From Callorhinchus milii (taxonomy: Eukaryota): 64,000 bases of DNA. Positions within the stretch are counted from its first letter, which is position 1, and each line of letters begins with the position of its first letter. Below are positions 63,981 to 64,000 of this stretch, in pieces. The DNA lies in the NCBI RefSeq assembly GCF_018977255.1, contig NW_024704742.1:60204001-60268000 (forward strand), in the 5' to 3' direction. Both the position numbers and the translations under genes were made by a program. The notes below the pieces were generated by a model. The model had not been told where the DNA came from, did no database searches, and saw only the letters and a program-made list of their open reading frames with translations.

Positions 63981-64000
63981 TCTCATAGAATCATAGAATT

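Noticed and set aside
1..64000. ORF-track entries as intact genes
   Set aside because: All are short; the recognisable ones are broken LINE ORF2 pieces or SINE translations, and I could not build a coherent spliced host gene

Overview
AT-rich, repeat-dense eukaryotic (vertebrate) genomic DNA. I find no intact protein-coding gene, rRNA, genuine tRNA gene or CRISPR array. The repeat landscape (tRNA-headed SINEs with a Deu-like central domain and L2-type 3' tails, CR1 and L2 LINE fragments, Penelope-like remnants) suggests a cartilaginous fish, possibly a chimaera; this is inference only. Firm calls: a frameshifted ~2.35 kb CR1 ORF2 copy nested in an older CR1 end (41.6-44.0 kb), another CR1 3' part (19.6-20.4 kb), young L2 3' ends, many SINE copies, a Tx1/L1 3' end with an 8-bp TSD, and a solo LTR. 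Most ORFs in the supplied track are repeat-derived or chance. The most interesting unexplained signals are (i) long decayed reading frames on the minus strand (about 11.4-24 kb) with recurring SEA-like and LDLa-like motifs, possibly a dead extracellular-protein gene, (ii) about nine copies of a poly(A)-tailed retroposon with LF-SINE-like motifs, (iii) collinear fossil Harbinger transposase pieces at 57.8-59.9 kb, and (iv) repeat-free blocks that resemble conserved non-coding elements. Coordinates of degenerate repeats are approximate, and no database searches were run.
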